Of a stretch of 18,205 nucleotides of DNA, positions 1 to 8,342 are shown piece by piece; the stretch's first letter is position 1; every line of letters begins with the position of its first letter. The stretch comes from an uncultured archaeon (GTDB taxonomy: Archaea > Asgardarchaeota > Thorarchaeia > Thorarchaeales > Thorarchaeaceae). The translations under genes and the position numbers were made by a program. The notes beneath the pieces are model-generated. The model did not search any database and was not told the origin of the DNA. It saw nothing but the letters and a program-made list of their open reading frames with translations. Where the stretch lies: assembly GCA_964458565.1 (NCBI GenBank), contig CAYWJO010000060.1:1-18205 (forward strand), given 5' to 3'.

Positions 1-1
1 A

Positions 2-553
2 AGAGATGATGTTTCTATTGACACATTACGAAAGGATCTCATTCGAGATATCTGTGATCAGATCGATAACGGTGGTCCTACGATTGGACTAGTCGTTGAG
101 ATGATGACCGAGTATAGTGAACTTGCAAAGCGAATCCAAAAAGTAATTGAGATGCGGAAAGAAGAGATGTCACGAGCCCGGATTCCGGTGATTGACAAAG
201 TCATTAAGAAACAGCTGGTTCGGATTCCGACGTTTGATAAAGTCATTAAGAATCCAGAAGAGTGGGGAAGATGGGAAAAGATAGAGGAGGAAAGAAGGGA
301 GAAAAGGTATGACCTTCGACCACTCGCACTCACTGCTTATGGGTTTGAAGTTCTGCATATACGTCCAAGGGATCTCACTTTGAAAGAAAAGGGGCTGTCT
401 TTTCTTCAAAAGAAGTTCAAAGAGATGGGCTTTGAAATCAAAACTACAGAAGAGAAGGATATTCCAGACCCTGTGCAGATGTCCGATGCCCTGAAGGAGT
501 ATATATGGAAACTAGTGAGGTACGATCCTGGTGTCGACCAGGTTTATTCCTGA
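2..553 (+). CDS. 3' part of a hypothetical protein, 5'-truncated by the window edge
   Basis: The frame of ORF 101..553 is open back to position 2 (RDDVSIDTLRKDLIRDICDQIDNGGPTIGLVVEMMTEY...), so the real start lies upstream of the window. The stop TGA at 551-553 abuts the convergent gene ending at 555. No family recognised. Confidence 0.75.
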   Translation, partial: RDDVSIDTLRKDLIRDICDQIDNGGPTIGLVVEMMTEYSELAKRIQKVIEMRKEEMSRARIPVIDKVIKKQLVRIPTFDKVIKNPEEWGRWEKIEEERREKRYDLRPLALTAYGFEVLHIRPRDLTLKEKGLSFLQKKFKEMGFEIKTTEEKDIPDPVQMSDALKEYIWKLVRYDPGVDQVYS

Positions 554-554
554 A

Positions 555-980
555 TTATTTTCTTCCTGTGATTTCATCCCCAAGTAAATCCATCCAGAGA
601 TCCAACAATAGCAGATTCTCTTCAGTCCTCACAACAGCCAATAACTTGTCCCTGAACAACCCGATCCGCCTGTATGCCTTCTCTGAGACCTCAATCGTTC
701 CATCATATCTCATCTCCACCACCTCAATGACATCATCGTGAATTTCATCCTCAGTAGGAACAAGCAGATACCTTCCTAACCATATCTGTGGTGGATTTGC
801 ATCGATGAGCATGAACCTGTCGCCCTCTCTGAGGTTTAAATCCAGAATCAGCTCAGGAGGTAGTTGGAATGTGCCATGTGAGCTTGTCCTTACCTTTCCG
901 TAGTTCTTCATCGGTCTCAGAACCAAAGTTCTCATCCTCGAATAATATGTAGATATTCTCCAGCTCATCCCTGCTGCCAT
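555..980 (-). CDS. Tandem AbrB/MazE/SpoVT-like (swapped-hairpin) DNA-binding protein
   Basis: Two AbrB-like units: GKVRTSSHGTFQLPPELILDLNLREGDRFMLI and EVVEMRYDGTIEVSEKAYRRIGLFRDKLLAVV. The true start may be a downstream Met (MRTLV or MKNYG). Confidence 0.65.
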   Translation of the reverse strand: MAAGMSWRISTYYSRMRTLVLRPMKNYGKVRTSSHGTFQLPPELILDLNLREGDRFMLIDANPPQIWLGRYLLVPTEDEIHDDVIEVVEMRYDGTIEVSEKAYRRIGLFRDKLLAVVRTEENLLLLDLWMDLLGDEITGRK

Positions 981-1277
981 TTGGAGTGTCAGCTAGGAGA
1001 ACGCTTCTCCTCAACCCACGCGCTAGACGCACATGCAGTCCATACCTTCCCATGTTCTATCCAATAGAACTAAACAATTCATGGCTGTCTCTGTGACCCA
1101 CTGCCCTCTCGAACGAACTCCAGCGTCAGACGGAGATTCCCGAAACTAAGTTTGCTCAGGAAGTGTCTCTTTTCATGGAATTTTTGCCGCTCATTTATTC
1201 TCTGACAGTATATTAGGTGACACCCACGTGATACTGGAAATCACACCCGAACAGCACTGTTGGTGTAGACGCGGATA
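981..1277. promoter_or_regulatory. Divergent promoter region containing several short inverted repeats
   Basis: AGGAGAA-cgc-TTCTCCT at 995-1011, GTTCTAT-cca-ATAGAAC at 1054-1070, CTCC...GGAG at 1118-1135, and TTCCcGA AACtaaGTT..TCaGGAA at 1137-1162. Confidence 0.5.
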
Positions 1278-2975
1278 GTGTCAAAGATGAGCTATAAGAC
1301 CTCTCGAATCTACGACTTCAAGCCCCTTGAGACCACATTCGATTTCAGCACACTTGTGAATGAATCCATACATGCCCTTTCAGCATTCAATACTTCACAA
1401 CAAGCTGAAGGCTACATCGGATGTGATCTTATCCTCATCTATCCCGACCTCAACATGGTTGATAGTAGTAAGGGTGGATGGTCCGACAGAGTGGAACGAC
1501 TCACCGAAAAGATTCACAAGCGGTTCAGTGATGTGGACTGGGAATTGACCACACTAAGAGGTAACATGTTCAACGTCCTCGATTTCAGACATGACCTCTT
1601 TCCGCACAAGATAACAACTGCCGTGCGAAAGGGGAAATATCAACTCCAGCGGAGTATCCAGATTTCTGTCCCATTACGAGAGTCGTTTCTCTCAACCACA
1701 CTCATTCTCCGGATGTTACTTCAGATGATCACTCCTGATTGGTTTCAGTATGCTGACAGTGCTAGACTTCGTACATGGACTCTAACTCCAGACGGTACTA
1801 ACGAAGTGGTCGTCCATGACGACACTGCCAAGAGAGTTTCGTGGCAATACTGGTTATGGATTGATAATTACAGTGAAGCAATGGAGTACTTCAGAACAGA
1901 AGGTGTGGCAAAACTTGTCGCTGATGAGTGTCGTGGATACTTCATGAACGCTGACAAGGCTGAGTTTGGTGAGAGGAGGGTGAGAAGATACCTCTATCCT
2001 GATGGAAAAAAGACAGTTCTCTCTGTAAACACAGCAGATGATGTAATCCAGCTTGTGGAAGATGAGAACTTCCATGCCTTCTATTCATCAAGTGAGAGAT
2101 TGGACGGGACACTGGGAAAGGTCTGCCTTGATATAGATGCAAGGTGGATGCTCTCAACAATCTTAGGTCCTGATGAGACATGGAACTTCGAGTGTGCCTT
2201 AGTGGATGCATTTCTTGCTATGGCTTTCAGGTTAGGATTACCAATTCCTGCGATTAAGTTCTCTGGAGCCAGAGGTATTCATGTCTACTGGCTTATCGAA
2301 CCTGATGCCATCGATGCTGAATGGATTGACATTGAACCCTATGTTGAGACCATGTTCAGAGTTGATAGGCTGATCGACAAGAAGAAGACCACCGAAGAGT
2401 TCCTTCGCCCATTTCAAGGGATGAAAACGCTGCTTCAGGCTTTTGTACTAGCAAGTAAGAACCGGTTGATGGACTGGTCGCGAATCAACCTGACAAAGAA
2501 CACTCTGGCAGCAATGGGTATTCAACATCCAACTCAATTGGTCACAATGGGTGGAATGGAGGACAGGTACATGGCAAAGATTGCAGTGGATGTTCTCTCT
2601 CAGCGAAAAGGGGTCTTCAGGTCGATAATGAGTCCACACTACAAGTCTGGTCTTGTATCTAGGAATATTAGGAATGAACTCGGTCAAATAGGGACACAAT
2701 TCAGAGTGTGGTATAATATGAGGCAGTTGGCTAGTATCAGACAAGCGATGAACGATATGCTCATGGAACCTACTCAGCTATGTCCAGATCCAGGCACACT
2801 CGACAAGGTTCATCTCACACAGATGGCTGATACGCTGAGGTCAGAGGTGTATATGGTAGTAAAGTTCTCACCTGCTAGTGCCTCAAAGATACTTCCAGAG
2901 TATTATGAAAAATACAGATTCAAATACTCCCACCAAGCCAATATTGACACCTCACCAACCGTTCCGAATATTTAA
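1278..2975 (+). CDS. Archaeo-eukaryotic primase (AEP) superfamily primase-polymerase, LigD polymerase-like, with a ~200-aa N-terminal extension
   Basis: Motif I KVCLDID (DxD), motif II KFSGARGIHVY (SGxxGxH) and motif III AVD...VFRSIMSPHYKSG. The segment before motif I (VLSVNTADDVIQLV...FYSSSERLDG) resembles LigD-type Prim-Pols. Start is GTG 1278 or ATG 1287. Confidence 0.85.
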   Translation: MSKMSYKTSRIYDFKPLETTFDFSTLVNESIHALSAFNTSQQAEGYIGCDLILIYPDLNMVDSSKGGWSDRVERLTEKIHKRFSDVDWELTTLRGNMFNVLDFRHDLFPHKITTAVRKGKYQLQRSIQISVPLRESFLSTTLILRMLLQMITPDWFQYADSARLRTWTLTPDGTNEVVVHDDTAKRVSWQYWLWIDNYSEAMEYFRTEGVAKLVADECRGYFMNADKAEFGERRVRRYLYPDGKKTVLSVNTADDVIQLVEDENFHAFYSSSERLDGTLGKVCLDIDARWMLSTILGPDETWNFECALVDAFLAMAFRLGLPIPAIKFSGARGIHVYWLIEPDAIDAEWIDIEPYVETMFRVDRLIDKKKTTEEFLRPFQGMKTLLQAFVLASKNRLMDWSRINLTKNTLAAMGIQHPTQLVTMGGMEDRYMAKIAVDVLSQRKGVFRSIMSPHYKSGLVSRNIRNELGQIGTQFRVWYNMRQLASIRQAMNDMLMEPTQLCPDPGTLDKVHLTQMADTLRSEVYMVVKFSPASASKILPEYYEKYRFKYSHQANIDTSPTVPNI

Positions 2976-3062
2976 ATTCCAAACATATGCTCAAAAAACA
3001 GAGGATGTGTAACTGTAGTGCTCAAGTCTTGTACAACGTGTATCTATGGAACGCAGACAAAG

Positions 3063-3083
3063 ATGATGAATGGCATTCATTAT
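3063..3083. other. Imperfect inverted repeat between convergent genes (possible terminator or protein-binding site)
   Basis: ATGATGAATG-g-CATTCATTAT, with arms 9/10 complementary. Confidence 0.3.
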
Positions 3084-3170
3084 GTTCATTGTAAGGATCC
3101 AACTAATACTAGGGGATGGCAGAGAGCCAAGCAAGGGATGGACTGTTGGCGTGAAAGGAAGGATTGAATA

Positions 3171-4040
3171 TTAAAGTGGTGCGCCGCAATTAATACAGGT
3201 TGTTCTACCCTGTTCGTTTCTGTGATTGCAGCTTGGACATACTATGAGATAGACAACTCTAAAATCTGGACTCTCAGGTAGTTCCACAATTGCTTCGAGA
3301 CCAAAGTCGGGGTCCTTGCAGACATAGATCATCTCATCTTCGATTATTGTGTCGTCTTCAGACATATGATTACGAGAAATCTGTGCTACAGCTGGAAGAC
3401 GTATACCTAGAACCTTAGCAACCTCACCAAGTGGGGTTCTTAGTCTAGAGTTAACTATATCCAGAACAAGTTTTTCCCAACCCTCACGGATTCCTCTATT
3501 CAATACCGAAAGGGCAAAGAACTCAGGTAGTGCTATGTTGCATCTAGCCAATACCCACCAATCAACTCGCTCATCTCTATCTATGTCTTTATCAGCCCTT
3601 CTAAACCATACATCTCCGTCATTCATTTCCTTGTCCATGCAATTTCTGTGATCATCCCACACTCCACCATACTTCCTAAGGAAAGCATAGGAAAATCCCA
3701 TTGTATCTGACATTTCCCAGAACCATTGATATTTCCTGATTTCTTCTTCATCATACCATTCATGATAAAATGGTGGATATCCCTCATTCTTCAGATTCTT
3801 GAATGTGTAGAAACAAGGCTCATACTCTCCTGAACACATCCTTCTTTTCAGAATTTCTTCAAGATCATTTTCTTTCAATCCAGATAACCTACGATTTGCA
3901 TGAATCAAATGCTCCTCTAGATATCCATCATTCGGATTATCGATGAACTCTCTTATGCAATTCCTCTCCCCATCAAGGAATTGTTTCTCTATTTGTCGAA
4001 GTTCATTCATCAACGACCTCAGTTTCTCTGGCGAACTCAT
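3171..4040 (-). CDS. Hypothetical protein with a possible HTH segment and C-terminal zinc ribbon
   Basis: C-terminal CPSC-x10-CINCG zinc-ribbon pattern. TPLGEVAKVLGIRLPAVAQI is HTH-like. A purine-rich GGGAG lies upstream of the ATG on the minus strand. Confidence 0.75.
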   Translation of the reverse strand: MSSPEKLRSLMNELRQIEKQFLDGERNCIREFIDNPNDGYLEEHLIHANRRLSGLKENDLEEILKRRMCSGEYEPCFYTFKNLKNEGYPPFYHEWYDEEEIRKYQWFWEMSDTMGFSYAFLRKYGGVWDDHRNCMDKEMNDGDVWFRRADKDIDRDERVDWWVLARCNIALPEFFALSVLNRGIREGWEKLVLDIVNSRLRTPLGEVAKVLGIRLPAVAQISRNHMSEDDTIIEDEMIYVCKDPDFGLEAIVELPESPDFRVVYLIVCPSCNHRNEQGRTTCINCGAPL

Positions 4041-4332
4041 TTATTCTCCCTTCATTACATCGACGAGTAAATACTGTGCTCAATTGTATCAAATTTAATA
4101 TCTCAAGAAACACACAAATATCTTTTCAGAAACTAGTAATTGGTGGTGGAGACCATAAAGAAAAAATTGTTCGTGTGTATTATTTTAGTTCTGACCCTAG
4201 TTCCAACGTCTTCCGCAACAACAAGAACACCAGACGTTCGAAAACCTTTGACAGATTTCAATTTCACACTGACTCCTCTTCAAATAAGAAACTACCAATC
4301 TTGATAGTTGACAATTCCGAATCTTAGGGTTT

Positions 4333-4632
4333 CTAGCTATAGCGTGCAATATTTCGCTCTCTAATCAGGTTTCCAAAATCATCGTTATCGAGCTTGTTAT
4401 GCAATCTACAGACATGACATTGCCGATCTGGATCAAGCTCGTCATACTCATGTACACAACTCCAACACAATTTCGTGCGAAAGCACTCCATGAGCATACC
4501 TGACCGAGTTAAATCATGGACATGACCTTCCTGCTGCATAATACTGGCGATGACACATCCCTCAATGGGTTCTGACATGGCTTTGATGTACCAGTCCGTG
4601 CGTGAGGTCTGTCGCTGATTCTGGCTGTTCAA
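4333..4632 (-). CDS. Small Cys/His-rich protein, putative zinc-binding
   Basis: CWSC...CHVC pairs plus additional Cys/His residues. Co-oriented with 3171..4040. Start uncertain (TTG 4632 or an internal ATG). Confidence 0.55.
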   Translation of the reverse strand: MNSQNQRQTSRTDWYIKAMSEPIEGCVIASIMQQEGHVHDLTRSGMLMECFRTKLCWSCVHEYDELDPDRQCHVCRLHNKLDNDDFGNLIRERNIARYS

Positions 4633-4691
4633 TTATTATCCCATTGTTCTATCTTGGTTTTGAGTTAATAACCACCTATAATCTAGGAGAA

Positions 4692-4831
4692 TTTATTACA
4701 AACCTCGGATATTGTCTAGGATGGTAGGATGCGGACATTGATTCCTACTCTACTCTAATTAGGATCCGATAGGAGTGATGTGGAGGGTCTGCATCTGCCA
4801 CTTCCTTTACGATTGATATGGTGGTAGGAAT
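4692..4831 (+). promoter_or_regulatory. TATA-like box followed by a structured 5' leader of the beta-helix gene
   Basis: TTTATTA at 4692-4698. A long helix pairs AGGA-TGGTAGGATGCGGAC (4718-4736) with GTCTGCATCTGCCA-ct-TCCT (4787-4806), with G-U pairs on the + strand. Confidence 0.45.
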
Positions 4832-6058
4832 ATGAAACGATGGATAATTGTAAGTATAATCCTTGTTCAGATGCTTGTCATGATGTCTATAACTACCTCA
4901 AGTATAATTGAATCAAGACACAGTAGTATTCTCGATGATAATCATCTATCTGTGGACTATATCCCACATGACCCAATTCTCATCATGTCGGATAGCGATC
5001 TCATCAATCAAAGTTGGCTAGGGATGGGAACTAAAGAACAACCATACGTTTTGGAAGGAATGAGTATCAATGGAAGTGGAGACCTTCCATGTATTAAAAT
5101 TGGAGAAACTAGTGCCTATTTTGAAATCAGGAATTGCTATCTATTCGGAGCTAATGTCATCGATTCAATGAGTCCTGATAGGTCAGCAATTTATTTAGCA
5201 AGATCACTGCCTACCAAAATAATTGATTGTAAGATTGAAGACTGCTATTATGGTATTTATTGTATATCCGAAGGGAGTACAGATGATTCCTTAATTATTG
5301 GAAATACGATATCAAGTGATGCCGAGAACATTAACATTGATGGAAGGACATGGAATTTCATCATATCAGACAATGTCGGTACAGGGACTCTTTCTGTTGA
5401 GTGGCCAAGAGATTGTGTAATCTCTGGAAACCATTTTAATGAGGTAGTAATTAACGGAAGAGAGACTGAACAAAGTTCTGCACTTATCAAAAATAACGTT
5501 GTGGCTCAACTTGATGTTCTTGATAGCACAGACTTTCATGTGGATGAATATATCATACACAACAACACTATAACATTCAGATTAAGAATACGTGAAACTA
5601 ATTGGTGTAATGTAACATATAATGACATCTTTGGAAAGACCCTCATTCTTGATGCTCACAATAACTCATTCACATGGAATATCTTTGATGATGAGATTTC
5701 TCAGAGCGATGAAGAACAAGACAACAGTTTCGATTATAATTGGTATTTCGACTATCAAGGAATCGATGCAGATCAAAATGGTATCGGGGACACTCCATAC
5801 GAAATATCTGACGCAATCGATATGCACCCCTTAATGGGTCTTCGTGGATTCTCCCATAATCGAACAACCAGTTCAACTGTATCTATCACATCATCATCAA
5901 ATACAACCTCCACAATATCAACAACACGTCATACTGAAATCAGTACTGTAGATATGACGCCAGACAGGTTTTTTGAAGCGATATATGTGATACTTGTGAT
6001 CGGTATTCCTGTATTATCCATCTTGATTGTTTTCATTGTCATTATGAGAAGAAGATGA
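4832..6058 (+). CDS. Membrane-anchored right-handed parallel beta-helix (NosD/CASH-like) surface protein
   Basis: N-terminal signal peptide (MKRWIIVSIILVQMLV), the GMGTKEQPYVLEG and FEIRNC segments, Asn-ladder repeats (IIGNTI, ISGNHF, IKNNV, IHNNTI), a YNW..DY.G.D..NGIGDTPY...D.HPL cap, a Ser/Thr-rich stalk, and a C-terminal TM helix ending in RRR. Confidence 0.88.
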   Translation: MKRWIIVSIILVQMLVMMSITTSSIIESRHSSILDDNHLSVDYIPHDPILIMSDSDLINQSWLGMGTKEQPYVLEGMSINGSGDLPCIKIGETSAYFEIRNCYLFGANVIDSMSPDRSAIYLARSLPTKIIDCKIEDCYYGIYCISEGSTDDSLIIGNTISSDAENINIDGRTWNFIISDNVGTGTLSVEWPRDCVISGNHFNEVVINGRETEQSSALIKNNVVAQLDVLDSTDFHVDEYIIHNNTITFRLRIRETNWCNVTYNDIFGKTLILDAHNNSFTWNIFDDEISQSDEEQDNSFDYNWYFDYQGIDADQNGIGDTPYEISDAIDMHPLMGLRGFSHNRTTSSTVSITSSSNTTSTISTTRHTEISTVDMTPDRFFEAIYVILVIGIPVLSILIVFIVIMRRR

Positions 6059-6313
6059 CTAAAAATAGTCTTCTGGTAAATGAGAAATATTCTCCAATGG
6101 AATCGTGGGGTCTAAACGCTTATTGTGTCAGATACTCAAATAAGAAAGCCCTATTTCTTTTATTCAAATGTTTATCTATTTCTACTGAAGTGTTATAATA
6201 TATCGAAATAAAATATCATTAACAAGATAGGTAATATAGAAAAACAGCTGCTAATGATCACTCATGAATAGCTCAGGTCAGTTACCATCTTTTGGATATG
6301 AATTATTAATTAG

Positions 6314-7063
6314 GTGACAAGATTGTCAGTAACAGAATTTTACGAAAAAGGGAAGAAATTACTCATCTACTTCCAAAATCATTTGGATGTGTCTGTTAAT
6401 AAAGGTTGGAGATATTATGATGATTGGTTTGCTCCTGGATTTTTGCTTGATTTCCTGTGGAGGACCATTTCTAATCACTGCAAGGAAAAAGCTCGAAGAA
6501 GTCTGGTCCACTTTCGGATGCTAGATGCACGACAAGCAACACAATGGCTTACTCTGGCTGCGTATGCTGGTGTGTATGAGTCTATTGCTCGGAATCTACG
6601 ATTTATCCTTGAAGACATCGCACAAGCATTACATGCTGATCAGAAGTTGATTGATGTTTCTATTGATGATAAGTTTGAGTACTTGAAGAAAATGGAAACC
6701 GAGTCTAGGAAAAAGATACGAGGAACAAATTTAATATTCAGTCTTGATGTTTGTGATAATTTAAAAACATCGTCAAGTACATTATACAATGAATTATGTG
6801 ATTATATTCACCCATCGATAAAATCTATGCGTGGGAGATTAAGATCTGCTCTATTGGAACTAAATTCAATATATGATGAAGCGAAGTTTCAAAGATTTCT
6901 AGAATTGTATAAGCGAACCTATGATGTGATTCTATCACTTATTTTATCACAATATTCTGAATCGATTCCAATATTCCTGGGAGATGCAATTAAGGAATAC
7001 TTAAAGAAAGCAGGATATAGTTGTACTTTAGAGTTCGCTAATGGCCACTCAAATGTTGAGTAA
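6314..7063 (+). CDS. AT-rich hypothetical protein, all-helical, possibly HEPN-like (DUF5677-type)
   Basis: ARNLRFILED (RxxxE) and LYNELCDYIHPS (YxxLxxxxH) pattern. GTG start. Gene and flanks are visibly more AT-rich than the 1-3 kb genes. Confidence 0.6.
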   Translation: MTRLSVTEFYEKGKKLLIYFQNHLDVSVNKGWRYYDDWFAPGFLLDFLWRTISNHCKEKARRSLVHFRMLDARQATQWLTLAAYAGVYESIARNLRFILEDIAQALHADQKLIDVSIDDKFEYLKKMETESRKKIRGTNLIFSLDVCDNLKTSSSTLYNELCDYIHPSIKSMRGRLRSALLELNSIYDEAKFQRFLELYKRTYDVILSLILSQYSESIPIFLGDAIKEYLKKAGYSCTLEFANGHSNVE

Positions 7064-7350
7064 TCTGCATACAATTCACAGAATTCATTTTGATGAGTTC
7101 TACTTATCGGACACTAAGAAAAATGAACTGACCCTCATAACGTTTCTTTCTTTGCATATGAATTTTTGAGCAGCATTGAAAAATGGGGAAATCTTGAAAA
7201 TCTTTTATTTTTTCCAAATCGGTCTATCTGTTTGTTTCAGGTTCTCTCGTAACATCTAAGGTTCAGAAATCTAAGATACTTCTTACTACTAGAGAGTAGG
7301 GCTCATAGATTGTGGGAGCTTAATACTCATCACAACAACAAGATAATGGA

Positions 7351-8202
7351 GTGTGTAAGGTCATGAATGCATTGAATATTGATATGAAAATACAGCAAGC
7401 CCTCAAGAACCTGACAACAATGGAACGGAACAAGGGGTACAGCGCATGGGAATTGGAGTTTCTCAGATATTATGGGAGTAGGATACCAGAACTATACAAG
7501 GAGAATGGAGAAGTGGAATCTCTATTTAATCGGGTCTTACTGAACAAAGAAGTCGCTCACATGTTCTGTGCCACTCTAAGTAGGATTCATGAACTGTGGC
7601 ATATCGAGGAAATCCAACATGTCTTTGCAGATGCCCTGCGTAACGGTGACACACTACTCATTGATGCCATCTCCTTCATCCCTTTCTATCGAAATATTTC
7701 GACCATTCAGGAAGCAATCGCATTCAACATTGCGACCTGTCCAAGTATGCTTTTTCAAATCCATATAGCAACAGGGATTGGTCTGAGTGAACATCCATTG
7801 GTGAAGAGAGCGATACTTGATAGGAGAGAAGATATTCTTGAACAGATTCGAGAGAATTGGCATAATGTCGTTATGGCTCTCTGGACGCCCTATCTCAGAA
7901 ATGATGCTGACATTGTTCGTGTGATTGAAGAAGCAAAACCACTCATTCTTGAAGAAATCAACGAGAGGGACAGCATGGTTGATGTATGTGCTCTTCTTTT
8001 ACAGCTCGACTGGATTAGAGATGATTCCGATATTCTGGATGCACTTCTAAAAAGAATCAGAGACAAGACAAAATCTAACCATCTTCTTCTAGAGAAAATG
8101 AGTGAAAGCAACATGTTTGAGAGTCATACTAGATTAATAGACGGTCTGTCTGTGTATCGAAAAGAGTATAGAGATTGGATTCTTGGGTTGAGTTCAGGAT
8201 AA
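7351..8202 (+). CDS. Hypothetical alpha-helical repeat (solenoid-like) protein
   Basis: Recurring ~33-37 aa units: LWHIEEIQHVF, FYRNISTIQEAI, LSEHPLVKRAI, YLRNDADIVRVI, WIRDDSDILDAL, FESHTRLIDGL. The start may be ATG 7363. Confidence 0.7.
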   Translation: MCKVMNALNIDMKIQQALKNLTTMERNKGYSAWELEFLRYYGSRIPELYKENGEVESLFNRVLLNKEVAHMFCATLSRIHELWHIEEIQHVFADALRNGDTLLIDAISFIPFYRNISTIQEAIAFNIATCPSMLFQIHIATGIGLSEHPLVKRAILDRREDILEQIRENWHNVVMALWTPYLRNDADIVRVIEEAKPLILEEINERDSMVDVCALLLQLDWIRDDSDILDALLKRIRDKTKSNHLLLEKMSESNMFESHTRLIDGLSVYRKEYRDWILGLSSG

Positions 8203-8213
8203 TTCACCACCAG

Positions 8214-8260
8214 TTGTCATTGACAGCTCAAACTAAGTTTCAACATTGTCATTGACAGCT
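8214..8260. promoter_or_regulatory. Tandem palindromic operator array upstream of the membrane/ATPase operon
   Basis: Exact 15-bp direct repeat TTGTCATTGACAGCT at 8214-8228 and 8246-8260 (32-bp period). Each copy contains the palindrome TGTCA-t-TGACA, and the palindrome AAACT-a-AGTTT lies between them at 8230-8240. Confidence 0.7.
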
Positions 8261-8342
8261 ATATTCATTTACAATGACAACTTTTCTCTCACCGCATACT
8301 TATGTAATAATTCAGGAACATCATCTTCAGGTGATACCTAAG

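Noticed and set aside
853-1053. 66-aa minus-strand ORF
   Set aside because: It overlaps the AbrB-like gene in another frame, runs through the hairpin region and has no recognisable motif.
1040-1145. Cobalamin riboswitch, RNase P or SRP RNA (GGGAA and GGGAAGG on the minus strand)
   Set aside because: The B12-box (GCCACTG, AGYCAGAAGAC), RNase P GAGGAAAGTCC and SRP GGAA/AGCAG core motifs are not present in the right arrangement.
3063-3130. C/D box sRNA starting at ATGATGA (3063-3069)
   Set aside because: No CTGA D box lies downstream, and the motif is explained as one arm of a palindrome.
4076-4327. 83-aa plus-strand ORF and a short Cys-rich minus-strand frame (…VWCSCCCGRRWN)
   Set aside because: Neither has a clear start or RBS or a family signature. 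Both are likely chance frames in an intergenic region.
8214-8260. Mini CRISPR array
   Set aside because: Only two 15-bp repeats with a 17-bp spacer, too short for CRISPR, and no cas genes are present.
8274-8342. Upstream ATG start for the first operon gene
   Set aside because: It overlaps the partial operator copy and the TATA-like region, whereas ATG 8343 has an AGGTGA RBS.
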